Shown here piece after piece: positions 42,566 through 56,410 of a stretch of DNA of 64,000 nucleotides. A program made the translations under genes and the position numbers. Position 1 is the stretch's first letter, and each line of letters opens with the position of its first letter. The notes below the pieces were generated by a model that saw only the letters and a list, made by a program, of their open reading frames with translations, was not told the DNA's origin and did not search any database. Origin of the DNA: the human T2T-CHM13v2.0 reference genome, Homo sapiens; NCBI RefSeq assembly GCF_009914755.1, contig NC_060927.1. One strand, given 5' to 3'.

Positions 42566-43228
42566 GAAAACACATCCTGGATGATGTATGTAAATACAGA
42601 TTAGTTGAAGCTGTTTTTTTTTCCATTTGAATAAGTGTCACAAAAGTGTTGAACACAAAAGCTGTAAATAAACAGTTTTATAGGAGCAGATTGGGAGAAG
42701 TATAAGAATTTTCTGTTTAACAAAAGAAAAGAAAGAAAAAAATACCTTTTAAGGTAGATAACGATGTTATCAAGCTGTTTATTTCTTAAACTTGTTTCTA
42801 GTAACTGATGCAAAAAAAGAAGAGGAAAAGAGCTGAAGTCTTTAAGATGTCATTATAAAGTACTACTTACTAAAATAATACACAGTAAAACAGCGTTACA
42901 GACAATCTTTAAAGGAACACACAAAAGCCAAGGTCACATTGCTGATACAAAGCTTTCCCTGATGGACCCTTTCTGCCAAAATCCATGTGTGCTTTGATGT
43001 CCAAAATAAAACTTGGGTATAAAACCCACCTTTCTATGCACTAGACTCAGGGCCTTTGAAAGATATTTTGTTCTTCTATAGACCACACAAGATTTGCATC
43101 ATTTTTCTTCTATTCCTAGTGCAGAGATAATTATTTTCTTCCCAGCTGTTAAGTTTCCATTCATGTACATGAGGTATGTGTGGTTCATTTCAGGATTCTC
43201 AACCTCCTAAAAAATAGTGGTTGCTGCA

Positions 43229-43615
43229 TGTATTAGTCCATTCTTACACTGCTATAAAGAAATACATGAGAATGGAGATTTATAAAGAAAAGAGGTTTTC
43301 ATTGGTTCCTGGTTCCTCAGGCTATACAGTAAGCATGGCAGCATTTGCTTCTGGGGAGGCCTTAGGGAGCTTTTACTTGTGGTGGAAGACAAAGCAAGCA
43401 GGAGCAGGTGTCTTACAAGGCAGGAGCAGGACCAAGGAGAGAAGAGAGAGGTGCTACATACTTTTAAACAACCAGATCTCACGATAACTCACTCCTAAGC
43501 CATTCATGAGAACTCCGCTCACATGATCCAATCACCTTCCACCAAGCTCCACCTCCAACACTGGGGATTAGAATTCAATATGAGATTTGGTGGGACACAG
43601 ATCTAAACCATATCA
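43229..43615 (-). mobile_element. MSTA-like solo LTR
   Basis: TGTATTAGTCCATT...AAACCATATCA; TSD CTGCA. Confidence 0.9.
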
Positions 43616-44211
43616 CTGCATGTCACAACGTGTCACATTCTGGAATAAATATATATATTTAACGAAGTGTATTAATTAATGCTTTTTTGGTTGTGACAGA
43701 ATTCAGTTTGGCATATGCAAAGAAAAAAATTAGGTGGGGGGAGGGTAGAGTAAAAATTAATTTCCTCATGAGACTCAATAGGTCAACGGTACCTACCTGA
43801 CAGGATTAGATTGGCCTTAGAGAATGATTGCATTTAAGAACCCAACCTTGTCTATGTGGTTCTCTCCATTCCTTGATTTTGCTTATCTTTGTATATATTG
43901 ACTTTATTTTCTCCTACTATAGATGGCTTTCTCCTTGCAGCATTGGAAGGAAAAGGATGGCTGTAGACAGCTCCAGGTTTATATTATTCTAGTCAGTTCA
44001 CTAAGAGAAAAGAGACATATTCTCTCTTCCAGTGTCCACATATAAAATTCTATGGCAGTATGACAGAATCAAGCAGTTCTTGATTGGCAGACACACATGA
44101 AATGCATGGAGTAGAGGACTAACAGTTCACCAAATGAAAGGGAGATGCCATGACCCAAAGATGTGGGTGAGAGATAATGGCCAGATAAAAACAACAGATG
44201 TTGATAAGCAG

Positions 44212-44727
44212 TGTGGCAGATGCTTTTGGTGTCCACTCCATATCCTCTTGATCCAGCTCTGAGTTCACCTGTCACTGTGGTAGATGGTTTCTGGCACACT
44301 GGTAGCTTCCCCTCTTGAGTTCCTGCTTCTACTCATTTATCTGCCTGAGGGTTTTCTCTACACTGTGAAAGCTTGCGCCATCACAGAGACTCATGACAAA
44401 GCATGAGTGAATTAACTACCAGGGATAGAGTCAATCCTCATTCAGAGAAGAGTGTGAATTGGTAGGTAAAATCCTAACCTTCTCATTGTCCAGTGGGACA
44501 ATTCTGAGGTATGTTCAATATGCTTTCTTAGAATGTCTCTAGTGCGATTGAATTCCAATTGCCTACAAAGATAGCTGGTTTATTTATACTTTTTATTGGT
44601 TCTTTTTCTTTTCCTGTCTCTCTTCCATATTACCTCACTTGGCTGCCTGAATTTACATCTTAAATAAACCACCAACACCCAAGTCCTTATGTCAAGGCCA
44701 GCTTTGTGGGGAGCCCACAGAAAGACA
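44212..44727 (+). mobile_element. LTR16-like ERVL LTR
   Basis: TGTGGCAGATGC start, TGGGACAATTCTGAGG, AATAAA, ...GGGGAGCCCACAGAAAGACA end. Confidence 0.65.
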
Positions 44728-47492
44728 ACCAACTTATCCACTCAATTTTCCAAATAATAACTGCATTATACACTGGGAATATAACACTAAACAATATAGG
44801 TATAGTCTCTTTGGAGATGATAGAAAAGAAATTTAACCTCTAATTATAATTACTATCATATTATTCTCATTGGCATTCTTGGCGCCAATTAAGATAAGGA
44901 GAATGGCTGATTATATAGGTTTAATTCAGTTAATAAAGGTATTGGCTAGAAAAGAAATTTAACTCTCAGATCACATAATAAAAATAGAAATCAATGCAAA
45001 GGAGATTTCTCAAAACCACTCAATTACCTGGAAATTAAACAACTTGCTCCTGAATGACTTTTGGGCAAACAAGAAAATTAAGGCAGAAATCAAAAAATTA
45101 TTTGAAATAAATGAAAACAGAGACACAGCATACCAAAATTTCTAGGATGCACCAAAAGCAGTGCTAAGAGGAAAGTTTATAGGGCTAAATACCTACCTCA
45201 GAAAGTTAGGAAGGTCTCAAATTAATGATCTAATCACACCTAGAGAAACTAGAAAAACACGGACAAACTAACCGCAAAGCTAGTAGAAGAAAATAATTAA
45301 CTAAAATTAGAGTAGAATTTAATGAAGTTGAGACCCATACAAAGAATCAACAAACTATCCATACAAAGAATCAATGAAATCAAAAGTTGGTTATTTGAAA
45401 AAATAAACAAGGTTGATAGACTGCTAGCTAGATTAACAAAGAAAAAGAGAGAAGATCCAAATAAGCATAATCAGAAACGACATAGATGACATTACAATGA
45501 TTCTCTTCAGAGTCTGTTATGAACACCTCTATGCACAGAAACTAGAAAATCTAGAGAAAAATGAAAAAATTTCTGGAAATGAACAACCTCCCAAGATTTA
45601 ACCAGGAGGAAATTGAAAACTTAATCAGAACAATATTGAGTTCTGAAATTCAATCAATAATAAAAATTCTGCCAACCAAAAAAAAGCCTCAGACCAGATG
45701 GATACACAGCTGAATTCTACAAGATGTACAAAGAAGAGCTGGTACCAATTCTACTGAAACTTTTTCAAAAAATTGAGGAGGAAGAACTCCTTCATAACTC
45801 ATTCTATGAAGTCAGCATCACCCAGATACTAAAACCTGGCAAAGATACAACAAAGAAAGAAAATGAGAGGCCAATCCCTGATTAACATAGACACAGAAAT
45901 CCTCAACAAAATACCAGCAAACCCAATCTAGCAGCACATCAAAAAGTTAATTCACCATGATCAAGTAGGCATCATTCCTGGGATGCAAGGTTAGTTCAAC
46001 ATACACAAATCAATAAATTTAATTCACCACATAAACAGAATTGAAGACAAAAACCACATGATCATTTCAATAGACATGAAAAAAGCTTTTAATAAAACCC
46101 AAGACCTCCTCATGATAAAAACCCTCAACAAACTGGGCATTGATGGAAAATACCTCAAAATAATAACAGTCATCTATGACAAGCCCACAGCCAATATCAT
46201 ACTAAATGGGCAAGAGCTGGAACCATTCCCTTTGAGAACTAGACTAAGACAAGAGTGCCCAGTCTCACCACTCCTTTTCGAAATAGTTCCAGAAGTGCTA
46301 GCCAGAGCAATCAGGCAAGAGAAAGAAATAAAGGGCAACCAAATAGGAAAATAAAAATTCAAACTACCTCTCTTCACGGATGATATGATTCTATAACTAG
46401 AGAACCTAAAAGATTCTGCCAAAAGGATCCTGGAATAAACTACTTCAGTATAGTTTCAGGATACAAAATCAATGTACAAAAATCAGTAACATTTCTATAA
46501 ACCAATAATATTCAGGCTGAAAGCCAAATCAAGAACACAATCCCATTTACAATAGCCACATGAAAAAAAATAAAATACCCAAGAATACAGCTAACTAAGG
46601 AGGTGAAAAATCTCTACAAAAAGAACCACAGTACTGCTCAGAGGGATCATAGATGGCACAAACAAATGGAAAAACATTCCATGTCCATGGATTAAAATAA
46701 TCAATATCATTAAAATGGCCATACTGCCCAAATAAATATACAGGTTCAAAGCTATTCCCATCAAACTACCAACATCATTTTTCACAGAATCAGATAAAAG
46801 AAACTATTCTAAAATTCATGTGGAACCAAAAAAGAGCCTGAATAGCCAAAGCAATCCTAAACAAAAATAAAAAAAGCTGAAGGCATCTCATTACCCAACT
46901 TCAAACTATACTGTAAAACTACAATAACTAAAACAGCATAGTACTGGTACAGAAACAGACACATAAATCAATGTAACAGAATAGTGAACCCAGAAATAAA
47001 GCCACACACCTACAGCCATCTAATCTTTGACAAAGTCACCAAAAACAAGTCATGGGGAAAGGACTCCCTACTCAATAAATAGTGCTGGGGTAGCTGGCTA
47101 GCCATATGCAGAAGAATGAAACTGGACTCCTGCCTTTTGCCATATATAAAAATTAAATCAAGATGGATTAAAGATTTAAATGTAAGATCTCAAACTATAA
47201 GAATCCTAGAAGAAAACCTAGGAAACACCATTCTGGACATTGGCCTTGGTAAAGAATTTATGACTAAGTCCTCAAAAGCAATTAGAACAAAACCAAAAAT
47301 TGACAAATGGGACCTAATTAAATGAAAGAACTTCTGCACAGCAAAAGAAACTATCAACAGAGTGAACAAACAACCTACAGAATGGGAGAAAATATTCAAA
47401 ACTATGCATCTGATAAAGGTCTAATATCCAGAATCTATAAAGAACTTAAGCAATTGAACAAGCAAAAAAGAAATAACATCATTAAAAAGTGG

Positions 47493-48072
47493 TGTCATGG
47501 TTACTAGTAGGTGTCGATTTGATTGGGTTGAAAGATACCCAGATGGCTGGTGAAATATTGTTTCTGGGTGTGTCTGTGAGGGTGTTGCTAGAGGAGACTG
47601 ACATTTGAGTCGGCAGACTGGGAACAGAAGATCCACCCTCAATGAAGTTGAGTACCATCTAATTGGCTGCCAGTGCAGCTAGAACAAAGCAGGTGGAAGA
47701 ATGTGGGATGGCCTTTCTTGCTGAGACTTCTGGCTTACTTCTTTATCCCGTGCTGGATGCTTCCTTCTGCTCCTCCTGCCCTTAAACATCAGAAGGCAGG
47801 TTCTTCAGCCTTTGGACTCTGGGACTTGCACCATGACTTGCCAGGAGTGGCATTGTTGGCTTCCCTGATTTTGAGGCTTTCGGATTCAGACTGAGCCACT
47901 ACCAGCTTCTCTCTTTCCCGGCTTGCAGATGGCCTATCATGGGACTTCATCTTGTAATTGTGTGAGTCAATTCTCTCTAATAAACTCCTATAGGATATAT
48001 ACATATATATACCCCCCCCACACACACATATATCCTATTAGCTCTGTCCCTCTGGAGAACCCTGACTGACAC
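47493..48072 (+). mobile_element. MLT2A/B (ERVL) solo LTR nested in L1
   Basis: TGTCATGGTT...CTCTGGAGAACCCTGACTGACAC; AGTGG duplicated on both sides. Confidence 0.9.
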
Positions 48073-48468
48073 AGTGGGCAAAAGATATGAACAGACACTT
48101 CTTAAAATAAGACATACAAGCAATCAACAAACATATCCACATCACTAACCATCAGAGAAATGCGATTCAAAACCACAATGAGATTCCATCTCACACAAGT
48201 CAGAATGGCTATTATTAAAAAGTCAAAGAGAACAGATGCTCGCAAGGCTACAGAGTAAAGGGAACACTTACACACTGTTGGTGGGAGTGTAAATTACTTC
48301 AGCCATTATGGAAAGCAGTTTGGAGATTTCTCAAAAACATTAAAACAGAACTACCATTTGACCCAACAATCCCATTACTGGGTATATATCCAAAAGAAAA
48401 TAAACTGTCTACCAAAAAGACATATGCACTCATATATTCATCACAGCACTATTAACAATAGCAAAGGT

Positions 48469-48813
<345 letters not shown>

Positions 48814-50017
48814 CTATCAACGATGGATTGGATAAAGAAAATTTGGCACATAGGCACCATGGAATATTGTGTAGCTATAAAAAAGAATAAAATCATGTCT
48901 CTTGCAGCAACATGGATGCAGCTAGAGGCCATTATCCCAAGCAAATTAATGCAGGAACAGAAAACCAAATACCAGATATTCTCACAAATAAGTGGGAGCT
49001 AAACACTGGGTATTGCTGGACATAAAGATGGCAACAATAGACACTAGTGACTACTAGAGGGAGGACAGAAAGAGGGGATCAAGGATTGAAAAACCAAGTA
49101 ATGGGTACTGTGCTCATTACCTGGGAGATGGGATCAATCATACCCCAAACCTCAGTATCATACAATATACCCATGTAACAAACCTGCACATGTACCCCCT
49201 GAATCTAAAATAAAAGTTAAAATTATTCTTTAAAAAAGATGAAAGAGCAGAGGGAATGAATTATCCATTCAGGTTCATAAAAAGAAATGTTCTTTTTTCC
49301 AGTGGAAAAATATTTTTAACTATTTACTTATTTATGTGCAGTTATATTTTCCTTTGCCATACATTATAAAATTAGAGTTTGGGTCCCACCCAAAACCTTT
49401 GTTCCCAATTCTAAGAATAAATCAAATTTGGGAGTGTTATAAATGAATTCAGGCCCAGCTTGTCTCTTAGCTCATCTTTCTCTCATCCAATTTGTTGTCC
49501 ATCTGCAGATTCAAATTTCACTGAAAATTATAGCACAAATTCTAATCTTCAGCAAAAGAAATTTAAATAATTCTTGCCCAGTACTTTGGGATTCAGAAGG
49601 AGATTATCTCTGACCTCAAGTCTCACAAATCACAACAAGGCTTTGGTCTTAATCCTGAGACTTGGGTGCCCACTGTGAATCATCTTCTAACAACTGAGTT
49701 TATTCATCATCCCTGGCCAACAGCTAATGTATCCATTGTTTTCCAACCCAAATGGTTGCGACAAAGAGCAAGTGCATTGGTCCAGGCAACTAAAAAGTCC
49801 AGAGGTAATGCTGTTCTTAGGCATCACACAAGCCAAGGTTTACTATATCCTTAGAGTTTTGTCTTCATTTCTCTGCAAATTTCCAGTTCTGCCCATCTTC
49901 TTCTGTCAGCCTTTTCCTTAAAATGGTTTCCCTCATGGTATCAAAACTGGCTGCAATAGTGCCAAAGAAGGAAGAGAGCATCTGCATTGCAGCCATCTTA
50001 GTAAAAGTCCTGACATT

Positions 50018-50135
50018 CACTATGGGACTACTAGAGGAAGGACAGCAGGAGGGGGTCAAGGTTTGAAAAACCGAGTAATGGATACTATGTTCACGACCTG
50101 GGAGATGGGATCGACCATACCCCAAACGTCGGTAT
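50018..50135 (+). repeat. Tail-less copy of the L1 3' UTR segment at 49042-49158
   Basis: Colinear match including AAAAACC(A/G)AGTAATGG and CCTGGGAGATGGGATC. Confidence 0.8.
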
Positions 50136-51642
50136 GGGGTAATATGCTTATTGTCTTTCATTCTGTTTCTTTAGCTTTTTGTCTTAGTTATCTGCCTTGT
50201 TACTCATGCTATTTAGCACTGGATCTTATCTTGTTCTTTCCAACCCTCTGCTAAGGATCTGGTCCTGGGTCTATTGGCTAACTTTCCTAAAGGCAACTGT
50301 CTGGGCTTTTGACCATCAAACATCACTTGATTTCCTCTTGACTCTGCCCCACAAATCTCCCAGGATGCCCTCCTGAAGCCCCAGTGCTTCCATTTTCTTT
50401 TACCATACTGTTTTGTCTACCCTGACTTGCTTGTCGAATCGATACCATCAGTCCATGTGGCTAAGTCTGTTCACAGGCCAAGCATCAGTTCTAACCCCAG
50501 CTCCACACTCTCTATTCCACCTGTCAGTTTGTCAGGTGCTGTTGGGCCAAACCCAAGGTATTTTTTTTTTTTTTAATTCTCGAAACTATACATTTAGAAA
50601 GAGGTAAAAATCTAATGAAAAGATAAAGAAAGCTACTCAAAATAATTTACAGATATTATTTTGAAAAATGCTGATTTAGATTTTTTTCTGGAAAGAACAA
50701 TAGGAATTATAGAGTGGTCTAAGAAAAGTAATTTTATTTACTAGTGACATTTTGAGCAAAGTATTTTCAAATAAATATGTTTAAGGTGGTAAAACTAGAA
50801 TGCTACTGAATAACCTTTCGGATTCATAACAAATAGAACAGGGTTTAGAATAGGTTTAAGTCATTTGCACATAGCTCATCTGTTTATTCAAGTCCATACT
50901 TCTAAAGTGTTTGAGAACAGCTTGTTCCTTTTTTATCATCTTAAACATCTCATCTGCAGACTCACGTATAACATTAAGCTGCTTTAAAATATTTTCACCC
51001 CCTTTTAAATGGTTCAAAAATAAATTTTACCCCATGTCCCATCTGGCTTAGTATAAATTATGAATTGGCCGAAGCCAAAATTATATATTTTACGGACCAG
51101 GAACTAGCCTTTGAAGCAGAATTATGTGAGTGGCTGAGGTACGCTAAGCAGTCAGTCTCCCATTCCTGAAGATTGTGTCTCCCCATAGAGGTATTTCCTC
51201 CTAAAATGTTGCTCTCTTACATCTTTTATTAAAAGTAAAAAGGCCCAAAATAAAAACTCCTCCAGACTCAAAAATAATGTACTATAGTGACTGGCTCTTT
51301 CAAAACAGTGCAATCCTTCCATTTGAGGTCCTCCATGTTGCTCACATTAGTGATTGATAAAGTGCTAATTAAACTAATTTGGTGCTTGTGATTACACATT
51401 TATTTAAGTTCCTTCTTAACCTGATATATCTGTATCAAGAACAAAATATGACCTTTTTCAGAAAAAAAAAAGAGAAATAGAATTTTACGTCCCCCCAATC
51501 TTGAAGATTTTCAAATGCAACCATACATTTGAAAGATTTTCAAAGGTATTCCTAAAAATTATTTTACTGTTGAAATGTGCATATAAAAGTTTTCTATTGG
51601 CTCCCAAAGATAAAATCTGTGTCTTTTAAAAATAATGTACTA

Positions 51643-52224
51643 GGCTGTGCATGGTGGCTCACGCCTGTAATCCCAGCACTTTGGGAGGCCAAGGCAGGCG
51701 GATCACTCAAGGCCAGGAGTTTCAGCACTCAGTCCCTTAGAGCTTCTCATTATCTCCCTGATATCAAAACCAAAAATCCATTGCTACTTATATTAACAGT
51801 GGTTTTCTTTTGGCATATAAGTATTTTTCTATATTCGTGGTTTTTGTTTGGCTTGTTTCACTTTGTTTTGTTTCGGTTTTAACAAAAGAGCCTTACTCTG
51901 TTGCCGAAGCTGTAGTACAGTGGTACAATTATAGCTCACTGCAGTCCTGAACTTCTGGGCTCAAGTAATCCTCCTGCCTCAGCCTCTGGAGTAGCTGGGA
52001 TTACAGGAGTTCGCGACTAGCCTGGCCCAGACCCAGGAGTTTGAAACCAGCCTTGCCAACATGGCAAAATCCTGTGTCTACTTATGCCTCTGTCTCTGGA
52101 GTAGCTGGGATTACAGGCATGTGCCATGTTGCCCAGACTGGTCTTGAACTCCTGGGCTCAAGTGATCTGCCCTCCTCGGCCTCCCAAAGTGCTGGGATTA
52201 CAGGTGTGAGCCACTGCGCCAAGC
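51643..52224. mobile_element. Scrambled Alu mosaic containing a duplicate of 53660-53934
   Basis: Alu pieces alternate in orientation around a ~280-bp copied segment. Confidence 0.85.
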
Positions 52225-52321
52225 TGACGTGGTTATTTTCTAAGAAAATAAAATATTTCATTGTTCAGCAAAGAAGCCTTTTATGCTTCCCCATTTTCAC
52301 TCTTAAGAGGAAATATTAATG

Positions 52322-52817
52322 TGATACAGGACAGGTGAGCCCCAAAATTGGGACTTAGCCCAAGAGAGTTCTTGGCATACCCAGGAAAGGATTCCAGGAT
52401 GAGGCAGTGGGTAGACAGCAATCTTTTATTGAATGGTTCTGCTCCTTGTGGAGCAGGGCTAACTCACAGGCAGTGTGCCCAGAGTTGGCAATGTATGGGC
52501 TGCTGGCAACTGTGCTTATATCCACTTATACCCACTTTTAATTATGTGCAAATTAAGGGGCAGGTTAGTGCAATTTGAGAGGTGGGTTATTGAGAACTTT
52601 CTAGGAAAGGGGAGTAACTTCCAGGTTGTTGCCATGGCATTTGTAAACTGTCATGGTGCTGGTCTTATGCTAATGAGCTATAAGGGCCACTAGGGATCAT
52701 TTTCATTACCATCTACTGGTTTCTGTTGGTTTCTTTACTTTATCCTGTCTGGACCAGATCCTGTTTTGGTCAGCAGGGTTGTGACCAGAATACAAGTCCT
52801 CCTGCTCTCCTACCTCT
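52322..52817 (-). mobile_element. MER66-like ERV1 solo LTR
   Basis: Reverse complement GAGGTAGGAG...GACCAAAACAGGATCTGGTCCAGAC; TSD AATG at 52318-52321 and 52818-52821. Confidence 0.8.
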
Positions 52818-53091
52818 AATGCATTTACTGTTATCATAGCATGAAACTGAACAGGATACAGAATTACCTCGTGTTTCTTCAACTTTCAATATATGTTTTA
52901 AGTGTTCGCAATGACAGTTAAAGCAAATATTGAAAAATATACATGTCAACCTTTTTAGGAGTTTTAAAGTTACTACTTAGCAATGCAGTGTCACCTCCTC
53001 CAAGAAGTCCTGGTTGGACATCGGCTCTCTTAATAGGTGATTTACTGCTGCGCTTTCATAATACCTTGGACGTATCTGTCAGTGTATTTAT

Positions 53092-53345
53092 CACACTATG
53101 TTAGTACTGAATATACAAATCATTAAGATAATAATAATAACATAGTGTGGGAGATAGGCATATGAACATGAAAAAATGGGGAAGCATAAAAAGCTTGTTT
53201 GCCGAACAATGAAATATTTTATTTTCTTAGAAATGAACAATATGTTCATATGCCTATCTCCCACCTCGGTTGTAAGAGAAGGATTTTTACTGATACCTGT
53301 GCCAGTGAGGTACTATTAGTACTGAATATACAAATCATTAAGATA
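53092..53345. repeat. Patchwork of direct and inverted local copies
   Basis: 30-bp direct repeat, 12- and 23-bp perfect inverted repeats, and a 65-bp inverted copy of 52237-52299. Confidence 0.9.
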
Positions 53346-53429
53346 GGATTCTGTACTCTGGGACATCCCAGCCTTATGATCTGGCTTCTGGGCGCTCCCC
53401 ACTACCCACAGAGATTGCAAATCAACAAG

Positions 53430-53700
53430 CTTAGGATAGAAGAGGCTGGTACATATGTCGTCTTTGACTCACGTAATATTTTAGAAAAATTTCAGCCAAT
53501 ATTTAAAATGTGAGTGATTTCAACAAATCTCAGGATTTTAGCCATTCTTGAGAAATCTGAAGATCTGGCAGTACTTGGCCTGGTTTCTCATGTGGCATTA
53601 GTAAACCGCCACTAAGAAACAGTTATTCTTTTGCACAGGGCATGTGCTTCCCAGGTTATCTCAGTCCCTAGTGCTCCTCATTATCCCCTTGACATCAAAA
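53430..53700. mobile_element. MER102-like hAT element
   Basis: TTCTTGAGAAATCTGAAGATCTGGCAGTACT and CAGGGCATGTGCTTCCCAG motifs. Confidence 0.55.
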
Positions 53701-53707
53701 CCAATAA

Positions 53708-54106
<399 letters not shown>

Positions 54107-54539
54107 TAATTAAAAAAAAAAAAGAGCAAGAGAACCATGGGATTTTAAAAAATATACCAACCTGCTTTAATTATTTGCTTACCTGAACTTATTTCAATAG
54201 CTTTCTGATTAATTCATTCAATACACTCAGGTGTGTGCTCCAGGCTTTACCTGGTCTCCCCACCTCTATTTCTCCCCTATTCTAACCCATCCTATATACC
54301 CTTATGGTATCATCACTATTTTCTAACACCTATAATACTAATGGCGGTAATAGTAGTAGTAGTAGCAATAGCAATAGCAGCAGTAACAACAGCAGCAATA
54401 GTTAATATCTACTGAATGCTAAGGATAACTAGCTGTTCTGCAGTGTCCTGTGTACATTACGTGCAGTAACATTTAATTCTTATGTCAACAGGTCAAGTAG
54501 GTAAGATTAATTATTACAGACTCTGAATGAACTCTGACC

Positions 54540-54930
54540 AATTCCATGCAGACACAACTCAACAGCACCTTGCTTCCTGCCTGCATCACACATTTCACTT
54601 CTGCTCAGTGCTTCTCTGTTGTTGCTGGTCATGTGGACCCCAACCAATTATGTGGTGCAACTCAGAAGAGCAGAGAATTCATGCCCCGCCAGACAAAGCT
54701 TTGACCATTAGGTGATGGGAGTCAGGGGCTAAATTCCTCCCCTCAGAAGTGAGAAAAATCCTTTATAACTAACATCAAGTGGCAGCCAAGTGAATAACAC
54801 GTCCTCACATTGCACGTCCTTCTCTTCCTGTCCCACTCCCCTCACTCTTGCTCCTGAGGACTGCACTCCCTATGAAGTGCCAGTGCATGCACATTTGCCT
54901 CAGGCTCTGCTTCCTGGGAAACCCACACTG
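54540..54930 (+). mobile_element. LTR16-like ERVL LTR fragment
   Basis: TGGGAGTCAGGGGCTAAATTCCTCCCC; CTCAGGCTCTGCTTCCTGGGAAACCC end. Confidence 0.5.
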
Positions 54931-55033
54931 ACCTTCTTCCCCCGCTTTTTTGCTTACATTATTTATATTGCCTTCAAAGACCACCTCATCATATTACTCA
55001 TTTTTTAGCTGCAAGAGATAAAAAAACTAACTC

Positions 55034-55543
55034 TGCCGAGACCAGCTCAGTCGTGGAGACCCTAACCCAGCAGTGCTAAAGAAATTAAAGACACACACAC
55101 AGAAATATAGGATGTGGAGTGGGAAATCAGGGGTCTCACAACCTTCAGAGCTGAGAGCCCTGAACAGAGTTTTACCCACATATTTATTGACAGCAAGCCA
55201 GTGATAAGCATTGTTTCTGTAGATTATAGATTTACTAAAAGAATTCCTTATGGGAAACAAAGGGATGGGCCAAAATAAAGGGATGGGCTCTGGCTAGTTA
55301 TCTGCAGCAGGAACATGTCCTTAAGGCACAGATGGCTCATGCTACTGTTTGTGGTTCAGGAACACCTTTAAACGGTTTTCTGCCCTGGGTGGGCCAGGTG
55401 TTTCTTGCCCTCATTCTGGTAAACCCACAACCTTCAGCATGGGTATCACGGCCATCACGAACATATAACAGTGCTGCAGAGATTTTGTTTATGGCCAGTT
55501 TTGGGGCCAGTTTATGGCTAGATTTGGCAGCCTATCCACAGCA
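55034..55543 (-). mobile_element. MER9 (HERV-K9/HML-3) solo LTR
   Basis: Reverse complement ...CCATAAACTGGCCCCAAAACTGGCCATAAACAAAATCTCTGCAGC; 6-bp TSD (T/G)AACTC. Confidence 0.9.
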
Positions 55544-56266
55544 GAACTCAAGTTAAGTTAGTCAAAGAAATTGCAAGGGTTCTTGAATATTTCCCTTGGC
55601 AGAGGGAGGAAAGGGCTACAATTGGGCCTTAGGAAAAGTGAAAGCAGCGCTCTCTTGCACTCTGTCTCTCATTTTCATTTCCATTCTCATCTCTGCTCTT
55701 ACGGATATATCAGCTTCATTTTCTCTGCAGTAGTCCAGCGTCTTCCCTGTGTTGTAGGACATGGTAGACGAGAGTTCCCAGCACGTATTTCCCATGGCTC
55801 CCATACATTGAGAGTTGACCACTTCTATTCCTTAAAATTCAGATTGAGAATTCCCAAGAGCAGGTTCTACCTGATCTGGTTTAGGATGGGTCAGCGAGGA
55901 GTCGGGGAAGGACAGTCACAGAGGACTGATATGGCCTCAAGGGCTTACTCCCAGCTGAATCTTTATGGGACAGGACTCTACCAGATTCAAGGCCTGTCAA
56001 TGCCCAACCTGTGGTACTTCCTGCATAAACCTCCTCTGATCCTGAAAGTCATCATGTGGTAATTAAAAGAGCATGGGCCACCATGTATTCATCACAAAAT
56101 GCCAACTCTGAATTCTTCCCAGGCATACCATTCTGAGCCTCAGTTTTCTCATCTATGAGGCAGGTAAAATAATGCCTACCATGTGACAGAAGAAATGATG
56201 TTTAATGTGCCTAACGTGTAATAGGTATTCAATAAATTCCACCAACCAAAATTAACATCTATCTCT

Positions 56267-56410
56267 CCAGGTGCAATGGCTCATGCCTGTAGTCCCAGCA
56301 ACTCAGGAGGATCGCTTGACCCAGGAGTTGGAGGCTGCAGTGAGCTATGATCATACCACTGCACTCTAGCTTGGGCAACAAAGTGAGATCCTATCTCTTA
56401 AAAAAAAAAT
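56267..56410 (+). mobile_element. Alu monomer / internally deleted AluJ
   Basis: GGAGGCTGCAGTGAGCTATGATC followed by an A tail. Confidence 0.75.

Noticed and set aside
55571-56062. 163-aa ORF
   Set aside because: Starts at TTG, no recognisable domain, overlaps degenerate LTR-like sequence; likely chance
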